From Podarcis filfolensis (Eukaryota): a DNA stretch of 64,000 bases. Positions 49,963-61,957 of the stretch are shown in pieces (within the stretch, counting starts at the first letter, position 1; every line of letters begins with the position of its first letter). The stretch lies in assembly GCA_964270895.1 (NCBI GenBank), contig OZ185435.1. One strand, 5' to 3'. Below the pieces are notes generated by a model, which was not told the origin of the DNA, did no database searches, and saw only the letters and a list, made by a program, of their open reading frames with translations. Position numbers and translations under genes: made by a program.

Positions 49963-50333
49963 AAGGTAAAGGTAAACGGACCATTAGGTAAAGGTAAACG
50001 GACCATTAGGTCCAGTCGTGACCGACTCTGGGGTTGTGGCGCTCATCTCGCTTTATTGGCCGAGGGAGCCGGCGTACAGCTTCTGGGTCATGTGGCCAGC
50101 ATGACTAAACCGCTTCTGACGAACCAGAGCAGTGCACGGAAATGCTGTTTACCTTCCCGCTGGAGTGGTACCTATTTATCTACTTGCACTTTGAGGTGCT
50201 TTTGAACTCCTAGGTTGGCAGGAGTAGGGACCGAGCAACGGGAGCTCACCCCGTTGCGGGGATTCTAACCGCCGACCTTCTGATCGGCAAGTCCTAGGCT
50301 CTGTGGTTTAACCCACAGTGCCACCCGCGTCCC
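49963..50333 (-). mobile_element. Full-length Sauria SINE with a duplicated tail
   Basis: 12-bp TSD atagcttgacta at 49951-49962 and 50336-50347. A 22-nt tail unit is repeated. Confidence 0.95.
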
Positions 50334-50958
50334 TGATAGCTTGACTATCCTTAGGAAATATATGGAACATGCTTTCCATCTCCTGGTTATGTCAGTTGAA
50401 ATTTCTCCTGGAAAAGAATGGTAGGATCACTAAAGGAAAACTAGGTCTTATGGTTTTTGAATGTGATTATCACATTGGTGACATGCTGTGATTTTCACAT
50501 CCATCATCACATTGTGCTACTGAATACAACTCACACTCTGTGACATCTTATCACTTCACATGCATAATGGGGCATAGTGAAATTAACAAAGTGTATTATT
50601 TTGAGATTATTTTCTCTAAATCTTCTTGTCTCTGATGTAAAGAAGAAAGCTGCCATTTTAATACCAGGAAACATGGGACATGTATTTTTAAGGCAAAATT
50701 AGCACAGGGCTTGTCAACATGCCATTATGTACTAATGCACAGAATACCATCATAGTGAATAATATTAGCCTATGAAGATGGTGGTACTTTAGATACAGAT
50801 TCTATCATTAGTTTGGGAGATTTAATCCAGCATCTGGAAAGCACCACACTGGCTAAATGATAGCAATAGATAAAACTCTACCTTATTCTTTCAATACAAG
50901 ATAAGGTGGTGAACTGTTTCCTCAGAAATCCTATCAGAATCACACCCTTCTGTGAAAA

Positions 50959-51045
50959 CAGCAAATAGTCTTGTGGCACCTTAAAGACTAAGCAGTTTAT
51001 TACAGCATGTTAATTCTTTGTGCGTTAGTGTCCATTTCATCAGAA
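50959..51045 (-). mobile_element. Older Penelope-like pseudo-LTR remnant with a decayed hammerhead core
   Basis: Minus strand: CTGATGA...aataaa...ttagtctttaaggtgccacaagact. Confidence 0.6.
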
Positions 51046-53164
51046 AGTCCTTTAGATACTTTCAAAAGGCATGTATGCTTTATGTAGGTAGGAGTGGGTG
51101 GGATCCTGCCCATTCTCTACACACATGACCTGCTTGTGTTGATCCAGAATTAGAACAGAGTCTATGGAATATATCATGTAAATACTTAGGCTCTCTTCAC
51201 ATGACTGAAGACCCGGCATTTGGCAGGGTGGAGCCCTGCTTTCTGGGAGAGACTCCATATCCATTTAAAACAATAAGCTGGAAACCTTCCCATCTGCTGA
51301 TTATCTCCAGAAGTGGGCAATCGCCTTTGATACAATTGGATCATCTCAGTTGGTTTAATCATCAAGTGAAACGCTGCAGAAAAGTCTCCTACAATAACAT
51401 TTGAACTTGGAGCACCAGCCACCAGGATCTGACATGAACTACACCAGGAATTCCCAAATCTCAGGGAATGTTTGGGAAGCAGTAATAATAATAGCAATAG
51501 TAACCACAGCAGAACTTAGGCAATGATTTAGAGTATACAGAGTGCTTCACATACTGTCAAGTCCTGGCAAGGATGAGCCCACAGTAGTCTGAATGAAGTG
51601 GGCCAGGCAGTAGTCCAGAACAGGAAGTCAGGGCAGGGTCTGACAGCCAGGGATAGCTGTTCAAAAGTCTGAAAATTAGAAAGCAAGGGTAACAAGAACA
51701 TTAATCCTTCAGAACCCTGGACAGATCCCAGGGAAGGAATGACCTTTCCCAACAAGTGCTGGGTGCTAACTAAACCCTAATGTTGTCCCTCAGACTGAGT
51801 TCCTCTCCTAGGCACTGGCTCCTTGCTAGAGAATGGAATTGTTAAAGAGGCATGCCTTTGCCTGGAACAGGTACTCACTCACATCTCCAGCATCTCTTCC
51901 TAGGCCCACTCCTGGCAGCAGTGGCAGTTGGTGAACTTTGGGACTGGTAGGGAGGAAGGCAGGGAGGTAAGCCACCGTCAATGACAGACATATTTACTAG
52001 TAATTAATTCTAGTTTTGTCTTCCTTCTCTTCTCCAGGATGTATTATAGCAATGTTAACCCCCCCCCTCAGAAAATGATGGTTCCAAAGTTGGAACAGCA
52101 ACCCCACCAAAACTTGTAACGAAATATAAATTCTGATTAAATGATTGTGCTAAGATGCAGTATCCACTTGTATTTTGTGTGACAAATATCTGTAAGGAAG
52201 GGACTAGATTCCTGCCTGCCTCTGTCCACCTTATGCACCTTTACACATATTTTTCATGGGGGAGAAGAAATGGAACCAGACCATAGCAGATCCAGCCAAC
52301 ATCCTACGAACCCTTCATCACTATGATCACTGGATTTACACCAAATGTACATCTGGCCTAAAGTGTGTGGGGGTTTCTTTTTCTTTCTTTCTTTGTTACA
52401 TTCTAGATGTGCTTTGCATGAAGTGTTTTCAGACTGTCATTAACTTTGCTGCTCATTTCCTAAGTCTAACCACAGTGCTGAAATAAAGCACAGCAGCTCA
52501 TGTAAATATGGAGTGTTCGAAGAGGGAGGGGAGATGGGGGGGCATCAAAATCTGAATAAAGTAAATGCCAGAACAAAGGAAGACAGTAAGGCTGCAGAAC
52601 TGCTTGGCTCATCCTGTAAGTAGCATGACTTATATGTTGATTCGGAATAATAGCCTCGTGGCTACCTGGAAGTCCAGCAGCCTAAGCAGTAGGTTACTGT
52701 TATAAAATAATACAACTGCCAAGAAATTAGATAGCCACATCTCCCTCAGACAAAAAGGTTTGAATAAAAAGGGAAAGGGTATGCTTCATTTTGGTTAACA
52801 ATTAGCATGGAGTATATTTTTTCAGCCGTGTTCGGTAGACAAAGCCCTGTTGTCATAATATCTTTACTCCATTACACTTAAGAGATTGTCAGGTTTTCCA
52901 TTATAAACCTCAGTTTTTTGAGCTTAGCAGCTTGGCTGAAAAACCAGACTTCTGACTTAAACTTGCCAGGAAAAAGTTTGATCTTTGTGCAGACTATGTA
53001 TATATCTTTATTTTCATCCCAAATTACATTGTTACACGCTCCCCACTTGGGCAAGTGGTGAGGATTTTCTAGGGCAGCTTTGCCAACCACTGGCTTCTTT
53101 TGTGAAGGGACTTACAAAACTTAGATAATTAAAAAAAAAAAAAAATCCAATACAAGAAATCCAA

Positions 53165-53345
53165 TACAAATGGAGGCAAACAGCACTCATTCCTTGTGGT
53201 AGGCAGTATGCTTCTCCATACCAGTTTCTGGAAACCACAGGAGAGCAGAGTGCTCTTGTCTTGCACTCAGGTTCTGCTTGCAGGCTTCTCATTGGGATAT
53301 CTGGTTGGTGACTGTGAGGCAGGGCTGTTCTTATGTTCTTAATAA
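53165..53345 (+). mobile_element. CR1 3' UTR fragment (long-UTR subfamily)
   Basis: ctggttggtgactgtgag...cttatgttcttaat tail. Confidence 0.7.
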
Positions 53346-53501
53346 CAGAACAAGGCAGCAATCGGTACCCATTTACCAGGGAGTAGGCTTCATGGAGCTA
53401 TGTGGAGCTGACTTCTGAACAGACATATATGGAGACGCATTAAGTTCAAGACAATTTAATGGCTTCAGCAAGTAGCAGAATGGAGGGGGCGGGGCGGCTT
53501 C

Positions 53502-53505
<4 letters not shown>

Positions 53506-53552
<47 letters not shown>
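53506..53552. repeat. (CT)n(AT)n microsatellite
   Basis: Read directly from the sequence. Confidence 0.92.
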
Positions 53553-53553
<1 letters not shown>

Positions 53554-55104
53554 GTAGATGGTCCAGCATATGTAATGGAAAAAGAAAAGTACAAAGCTGT
53601 CCTATGTAGAGAGATTATAAATAAAGTTAAGCCTTGCTTTTCCCCCACTGTGAAATTAACTTCATGAGCAATATTTTTCCTGGTGTTAAACCAATAGTTT
53701 CAATTAATGAAGACACCTCCGGGCTTGAGCACATTCTTGAAATCACAGTATAAAAAATTTAATATATGTATATAATATATGCATGATTTTCACAGAAATT
53801 TGAAAAATAAACCTATGGAATAGAAGTGAATATATTATATGTGATTATTAAAAAAAAGAAAAATTGTGGCTAGCCAGTTCAAAAAGGCAAGCACGCTTGC
53901 ACTTGCTTGGAAAAGGAAATTCTTGAAAATTGATTCAAGGCTTTCATTTGTAGCTGCTTCTCTCTTCTGTTCAACTATGACCAGAATCAGACTTGCCAAT
54001 GAAACATTTGTTTAAAGTTCTTCCCTTCAGTAGCCAATAAAACAGATAAAATAGATACATTCCCAGTTTGCTGTTTGCTAACATCTAAGTTTCTGTTGTT
54101 TTGTGCTAGGTGCAATTCTATTGCATTTCATCAAGGGCTTTTGTTTCTCCCTAGTCTCAACTGATAACAGTTTATCAGATTCTGGAATCTCTCCTTAGAT
54201 TTGCATCTAGGATGCATGGTAGATTTCTACTGTGATTTGACAACAGTAATTCCTAAAGATTATATACCGGTATCCTTGCTATGGATATTCAGAATCAGTT
54301 CCAGAACCCCTCTGTATTCTGTTCCAAGTGGACATCTCTAAATAATACTGGAGAAATAGGTATTTGCAACTGGATTTTGCTTTCTTAAGATTCTGTTTGG
54401 TGCACTCACACAGTTAATGTTTTCTGATGCTATTGCATATAATTCAGTATTGGTATTTGTAGTCTAAAGATTCTTTAATGGAAATTATTATTTTAAGAGA
54501 GATGTCATAACAAGTAACTAGTGTACATATTTCAAGACCTGAAGATGTGAGGTTATAATCAACCATATTTCTTTATACAGTGAGTAAAAAAAAAAGAGTA
54601 ATATTTCAGCATATAATGTAGTAGATATTAGTTGAACTGTTGCTAGGAAATACTAGACAGATTTGCTCAAAAAACTTGGGGTGAGATTGTTTAATGCCTG
54701 GAAACCAGTGAAAGACTTTTCATTTGAATTTGAACCTTAACAATTCTCAGACTACACAACAGGAATATTTTACAGTAGCAAAGGGCATTTCAGCTGGGTT
54801 GGCCTTAGCCTTTCACTACTTGAGAAATCATCAAAAATAAGCAAGAAGTTGTGGTATGTAGGTCTTCAGTATAGAGTTAAAAAGTGTTGGGCACAATGGG
54901 GAGAAATCTGGGAACAGTGGAAACAAAGCAGTACATAAAATAATCAGACGAAGGTAACAGTAGAAAAGGAAAATGGAGCACAATGAGCAAAGATGAATGG
55001 GATGTTAAGTAAAAAGTAGCATAGGCAACAAGAAGAATGTATTTCTTTGTACCAAAATCTATGAAAGTTATTTTGAAGCAGCAATGATGAGTATGCATGG
55101 CTGA

Positions 55105-55300
55105 GATCCCATCTGCACTGTGCATTTAAAGCAGTAGCATACCATTTTAAACGCTCCTGTCTCCCCCCAAAGAATCTTGGGAACTGTAGTTTGTTAAGGA
55201 TGTTGAGCATTATTAAGAGACTCCTATTCTCCATACAGAGCTACAGATCCCAAGGGCCTCCCGGAAAGGGGGACTGATTGTTAAACCACCCTGGGAATTT
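55105..55300. mobile_element. Old DNA-transposon-like remnant
   Basis: cccaaagaatcttgggaactgtagtttgttaagg...cagagctacagatccc resembles a common squamate non-autonomous element (from recall). Confidence 0.45.
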
Positions 55301-55352
55301 CACCTCTCTGAGGCATCTGGCTTGGCCACCATGCTGGAGTAGATGGGCCCTG

Positions 55353-55580
55353 GAATCATAGAATGGTAGAATTGGAAGGGTCATCTAGTCCAACTCCTTG
55401 CAATGCAGGAATCTCAACTGAAGCATCCATGACAGATGGTTATCCAACTTCTGCTTAAAAACCTCCAGTGAATGAGAGGGGGACCGTTCCATTGTAAAAT
55501 AGAACAGTTCTTACTGTCAGAAAATTCTTGCTGATGTTTAATAGGAATCTCCTTTCTTTGGTTTGATCCCAAGGGTTCTG
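55353..55580 (-). mobile_element. Degenerate CR1 3' end
   Basis: gaatcatagaatggtagaattggaagggtcatctagtccaac...ttactgtcagaaaattc parallels 9130-9370. Confidence 0.85.
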
Positions 55581-57989
55581 CTTGTGTTCTTATGTGAGTT
55601 GGACTCGGGGGGGGGGGCTACAGATTCCACATCTCTGTTCTACATGCAGAGATGTATGCGCATTACTGACGTGTGATAGAACTCACATAGCGTGAGGGCA
55701 GGGCCTGTCAGTTACTTCTTTGTGGGTTTAGAGCTCCTTTAAATGTCTAAAAAATAAAAAAGAGGTTTGGAGCACTGTGCAGAGCCAGAGAAGGTTTGGA
55801 AAGATTTCATAAGTCTGTTACCTGCTGAACATTTTGTGTGCACAGAAACAGAGGATAAATGGACCATTTGTCTTGCTGAGCATCATATACGGTGCTGATA
55901 GCAGACCTGTTTTGTTTGTTTTTGACCCCACAACTTCCAAGTCCCAACTCCATACCTCAGCTTACTAGACTTTCTCCCTGTCATTAAGCAAAGGAATTAT
56001 GTGGCAGGGCTTCCGGAGCTTCACATGTCTCAAATTAGAATCATTCCAACAGGAAGATGCTTATTAGGTTCATAATGAGATTCTTGCATCACTATTTATG
56101 TTTCTCTCAGTACATGTTCTGTACTAATATAGCCTGCATATGTAGCTAACAATGGTGATAGTTGTGGCTGGGACTCAAGGGGGGGGGGGGAATGGAAATA
56201 ACGCTGCAGATTCCAGTGGTAGGAATGATATCTATAGCCCTTTAATCTAATTTTTGCCTCACATTTCCAAATCTGTTCATAATTAGAGCCTACAATATGA
56301 CTCTGATTTATATTCACCACGGTATCTTATGCCTTCATTTGCTCCATAGTTTCATTTTTACTGGTAATAAACAAAAGAGCCTGGTGTTAGATCAGCTAAA
56401 GCTTAGCAACTGCTACTATGTATTATAGAAGAAGAAAACTTTCCCCACAGTTTATATTATGTAAAGCTAGATTGTTTGAATAGAGAGTTACATTATAAAG
56501 AACGAAACCTGGGGTTGGTAGAGGATCCCCCCCCCACCCCCGGTCTGCGGAACACTTTGCAGTAAATTCAGAACAGAAGGGCACTTTTCTGGAATAAAAA
56601 AAATGTATGCTTTGTTGGCTACCAGAGTACATTTGCTGCTTCCCAATTTCAGAATGAGATGATGGATATTTAGTAGATATTGGACAGCCTGAAGTAAAAC
56701 CTCATAATTTAAAACATTCCACTTTAGTGCATTCCAAGAAAAACATGGAACAGTGAACAAAAGGAGCCGTATTGTAATAAGAAAACAACTAGGTACATTT
56801 CTCTAAATTTTTTTTTAAACTGGGAATCTAAATGTGAGTTACTAGCCAAAAATGCCATTGTATGTTTTAGTGTTGTTGTTTTTTGAGAACAACCAAACCT
56901 AAGTTTGTTTAAATATAAAGTTTCCATTTGCAGACCAGGGCTTAAATGCAAGTGTGTATAAATTTTCACTCGTAAGTACATCCCATTGAGCTCAATGGAG
57001 CTTACTCCCAGGTAAATGTGATTATAGGATGACAGCCTTTATCTCAGCTGCCTGGTGACACCCTGTTCCAGAGGAACTAATATTTATGCATACTTTCCAC
57101 ACATGAATTGATTCCACCTTTCCTGCAAATGGCTATAGTGATGGAAAGAACTCAACCTCAGCATCCTTGACTGTACAAGCAATGCTCTTGTACTATCACA
57201 TAAATGCCACAGAACATTTCTGATTATCTGTAGGGCAGGAGAAATGTGTCCCAGACTCTGGCTCCTTGCAGCTAAGCTAAACAGATGAAGAACAGTGACA
57301 GTTTGGACAGTATTGAATACGTATTGGAACGGGGTCTCTAAATGCAGACACAGCAGCAGATTGGAGTGGTTGTGTTTATAAAAATCATGGAGGCTTTCAA
57401 AATGACATATAGTTGCCCCATGGTCAATAACAACTGCCTACAACTGCCATATACCGTGTGATGAATTGAATCTCTGTACTTAGTTTTGCTTAATTTGTTT
57501 TTCATTGTCTTAAGATGTGCTTTTACTTTTTGTACACTACTTTGGATATTTGGAACAAATATTTGGAACAAATAAATGAAATAAACAGCAACTTAAAATA
57601 GTTAAAATAACGTGTATTTTATTTTTAAGAGCTAATGTTAAAGCTGTTGCCAATTGCTTAGGAGAAAAGGGTTACTTTTAAAAAACAACAACACAAATTT
57701 GAAGAATAATACTCCAGTCCACAGAGATTTGCAGTAAAATTCAAAATTGTGTCAAAATCCCACAGGCAGAAAGGGCTTAAGAGCATCTTCCTATGTTTTG
57801 GGAGAGGCTCCTAGCGGACTTCAGTTCTCAACTTGCAGGAAACAGAGCAGGATAGAAACTAAATTTCCATTCCTCTTCCCATGTTTTGTGGAGCCATAAA
57901 AGAGAGCAGGAGCTTGGTTCTGTAGGTCTGTGCCACTATTCTCCAATTGTGATGTTTGCCTTGAAGAAAGTAAATTTGATACAGCCAAG

Positions 57990-58120
57990 CAATTATGGAG
58001 CATAGTTATGTGATCAAATCCTGCTTGCGGGTTTCCTGCAGGCATCTGGTTGGCCACTGTGAGAACAGGATGCTGGACTAGATAGGTGATTGGTCTGATC
58101 CAACAGGCTCCTTCTTATGA
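57990..58120 (+). mobile_element. CR1 3' UTR fragment (long-UTR subfamily)
   Basis: ggcatctggttggccactgtgagaacaggatgctggactagat...ctgatccaacagg. Confidence 0.8.
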
Positions 58121-58612
58121 AAATACACTCTTATCCTGAAAATACACTCACTGAATCTTCCTCCACCTCTTGCTTATCTACACTGCTGTTTAATCCAATT
58201 CGTTGTGGTATCCCCACAGGACTTTGCTTATGGTTGTCTGTGACATTATTAACATCAGATTTGGTTTCATTACATTATTTACAAAATCACAGGGACTGCC
58301 ACAGCCAGTAGGATTAGATGGGAATGAGGACAAAAAGGCAGGGAAAATGGCACCACCTAAGCAATATAAAGAGATGTTCACAGAGGCTTTGATGTCGACA
58401 GCGGCTTCTTATTGGCCTTCCATTTCTGCAGTGGCATTGGGACAAACCACATGATAGTGGGGAGCCACTGCTGTTGGACAAACAGACTGCAGAGGGCATT
58501 TGGCAAATAATTTTATAGTGGCATTTTGTGCTGTGGCATAGTTTGTATTTGCCAAATGGATAGTTTTATTTAATATGTGTACTATTGAAATTTGATTAGA
58601 AAGGCACTGTGC

Positions 58613-58615
<3 letters not shown>

Positions 58616-58681
<66 letters not shown>
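58616..58681. repeat. (CT)n(CA)n microsatellite
   Basis: Read directly from the sequence. Confidence 0.95.
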
Positions 58682-59818
58682 CAATCTTGGTAGACTTTGG
58701 GGGCTAGCTGCAGGGCAGCTTCACATCAGACTAGCAAATAGAACCAAAACATGGTGTGTCAAATGTGTCTCCCTGAGGAAATTCAGTGTGACAACTCCAG
58801 TATGTGCCCTGACCTTCATTGCCTGAAGGACATTTGCTTTGTTCCTGTTTTTCAAGCTTGGCATTCTGTTTCCAGGCTACTCAGGAGCCAAGTCCTTTCC
58901 TTTGTATTTTACTATTCTGAATAATTTGGAGTCATCTGCAGGCTTGACCACTATTTACCACAGTATGCAGCACAAAGTTAATTCTTCCAGGTGGATCACT
59001 GAATGTCATTGCTCTGTTTTGTTTCCCCCAGCTCTTGTGTGTTTAATTGGTTCTAACCTGAACTATGTTTGCTTTAACTGCTTAATTTGTGTTCATAGAC
59101 ACAGTATGTAATTAAAAGCTAAGAAACTCTGTCCCATGTAAGACTGTCCCCTCCTAGTGGCATTGTGCTGCTTTGCCCTAGCTTTTCTCTTGTTGTGAGA
59201 CTTTACTTCTCACAATGCCCTGGTACAGCAGTCCCCCTGTTTTGTATAGGTTTCATTGGTGACACATAGGAGAAACCAAGCAATGCTTTTGTATTCCCAT
59301 TTGATTGCAGGGTGAGAATTAAACTCAGCCTCTAGAGTCAATCATCCATTATTTTGAGGTTGGTGGCTCTGTCCAATTTGGGGCATTTCCCTAGCACTTC
59401 CCTGTGCCCCCATCCCACACTGTTGCGGATCCCCCTTGCCATTCCAAAAAAATATCTTCAAGGGTTCATGGGGCTGGAGGCAGAATTGGGGGTGGGAACA
59501 TTGTAACTTTGTTGTAACACTGGGGCTTAATTTGAATAGTAGAGTGCTTGTTATCTGGTGGGCGGGGCTTGTGTGTTTTGCTCCCGAATCAGCCTCTCCC
59601 TTCAGTATGTTCAGTTAAGAATGTCAGTTAAGAGGGACTAACTGCCTCTTCTTTTTTCTTGCCTCATGTTGCATTTAGCTTCTCTCATCACGTTATTTTG
59701 TTACAATTTTCTTTATTATTAAAGCTTAGTTTACATTTACCTGAGCCACTTACTTTTCTCAAAGAAAAAGAAACTCTGCCAAGGAAAGGTGTGGAATATC
59801 CTAAACTTGGGTGAGTTA

Positions 59819-60540
59819 ATAATAATAATAATAATAATAAATTTTATTTATATCCCGCCCTCCCCAGCCGAAGCCGGGCTCAGGGCGGATAACAACAATC
59901 AAATAATCAAACAATCAAATAATCCAACATACTAAAATATTTCATTATAAAAATTAATTAAAATCAAGTTGATGGCAATCATTAAACAAAATTCTGGTTG
60001 CCAGAGGAGGGAGTCAGGCTGCGCCCTGACCAAAGGCCTGGTGGAACAACTCTGTCTTGCAGGCCCTGCGGAAAGATGTCAGGTCCCGCAGGGCCCTAGT
60101 CTCTTGTGATAGAGCGTTCCACCAGATTGGAGCCGCAGCCGAGAAGGCCCTGGCTCTAGTTGAGGCCAGCCTAACCTCTCTGAGGCCTGGGACCTTCAGG
60201 ATGTTTTTATTTGCAGACCGTAGGTTTCTTTGTGGGGCATACCAGGAGAGGCGGTCCCGTAGGTACGAGGGTCCTGGGCCGTATAGGGCTTTAAAGGTCA
60301 AAACCAGCACCTTAAACCTGATCCTGTACTCCACCGGGAGCCAGTGCAGCTGGTATAGTACCGGATGAATGTGGTCTCGCCGCGGCATTCTGCACCCGCT
60401 GGAGTTTCTGGGTCAGTCTCAAGGGCAGCCCCACGTAGAGCGAGTTACAATAATCCAGTCTGGAGGTGACCGTCGCATGGATCACAGTGGCTAGGTCAGG
60501 GCGAGAGAGATAAGGGGCCAACTGCTTAGCTTGGCGGAGA
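59819..60540 (-). mobile_element. Relatively young 5'-truncated L2 LINE
   Basis: ORF2 motifs SRLDYCNSL, LQRVQNAAAR, LHWLPVEYRIRFKVL and RAFSAAAPIWWNAL. (AAT)n tail and 7-bp TSD tgagtta at 59812-59818 and 60541-60547. Confidence 0.93.
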
Positions 60541-61838
60541 TGAGTTAGGGGATATTCTCAGTTTGCCAGGAGAATTGATTTAGTTAATCATCCCCCCACT
60601 TCCACAACAAAAGGTTCCTTGCATGAGCTTCCTGCTGCTGGCAGTACTTTGGATCTAAGTCACAACCCATTGAAAAATTGCAAGATCTTTTATTCTTTTT
60701 CTTTTAAAAATCCACACTTGACTGCAGCAGGTTGCATGTGTTTAAACACTGCAGAAGCAGACAGGGATGTTTCAAGATGTTTTGCTGCCTGAGGCAAAAG
60801 GCAAGATGGCAGCCCATTCCACATACAGAAGCCAACAGAAGTGGCAGTTGGCTCTCTTCAACACTGGGGATTGGCAGCAACCACCATCACACCTAAGGAA
60901 AGTGGGCTACCTTGGGGGCATGGGTACACCACATAGCATACACAGCCACCACTTTCTGCCTAATGTAGGGCCAGCCCAATTTTCCACCTGAGGTGGCCAT
61001 CTCTATCTAATGGTAGGGCTGGCACTAGAAGCTGGAGAGGTATCTGGTTTCTTCAACAAAGGGAGTCATATGAATGAGGCTTGCCTTCATGCATGTAGCC
61101 TCTGTTCTTAGCTGAGCTCCAATGAAATACTTTTTCTGTTAAAACTGGACCAACTTTATGTGGTTTTGATAGATCCATGTTTAAGCACACAACTGTTGCT
61201 GTCACATCTAGTTTGACCCCATGCGCTGTAAATAGCTCTTTCCTCCATTTTTTATTTCATATTTATATTTGATTGGACCTGCTGCAGAGAAAGTGAGTTG
61301 CTTATTTAGTTGCACTGAACAGTGTTCTTGTTTTAATTGCTTAGTTCTGCAACAACGGAATTGAAAGAAGCTGAATGAGAACATTGCCTTTATTCTTGAA
61401 GTTTATATTTAACTGGTGAATCTGTGGGTTGCATAGATACAAGCACAGACTAATTGTTCTGTACACCAGTCTTTTATCCTCTCTCCCCACCCCGTACCAT
61501 TTTCAGTGCTTATATTATCATATCTAAAATGACATCTTGGTCTTATTAGGGTGTGGACATCCCAAACTGATTCATCCCAAAATTCAGAACTGATTTATAT
61601 ATAATTATTTTCTACCCTTCATAAAGACTGGGCTCTCTCTCTCTCTCTGTATGTGTGTATCTGTGTATGAGAGAGAGAATATATTTTATGTAAACTGCTT
61701 ATGGATTTTAGTGTTTAAGCTCCCAGGAAAATTGGGAACAAAGAATAAATGAGCAGAAATAATACAGAGAAGTCACAAGTGTCCCTGTCCCAGAATTAAA
61801 CTGTTCACATAGGAATTAAAGGTGATCTTGAATGTAAA

Positions 61839-61957
61839 GAGTGGTATTCAGCTAAGTTTTACTCAGAGTAGACTCACTGAAATTAATGGACATAGCTGAT
61901 CCATGTTCATTTATTTCAATGGGTCTGCCCCAAGTAAAACTTAGTTGAATACCACTC
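61839..61957. mobile_element. Fully palindromic 119-bp MITE
   Basis: 25-bp TIRs gagtggtattca(g/a)ctaagttttact with one mismatch; inverted pairing continues inward. Confidence 0.8.

Noticed and set aside
51555-51990. tgtca...tgaca bounded segment resembling a Gypsy solo LTR
   Set aside because: The flanks do not form a TSD and there is no clear poly(A) signal, so it is unresolved.
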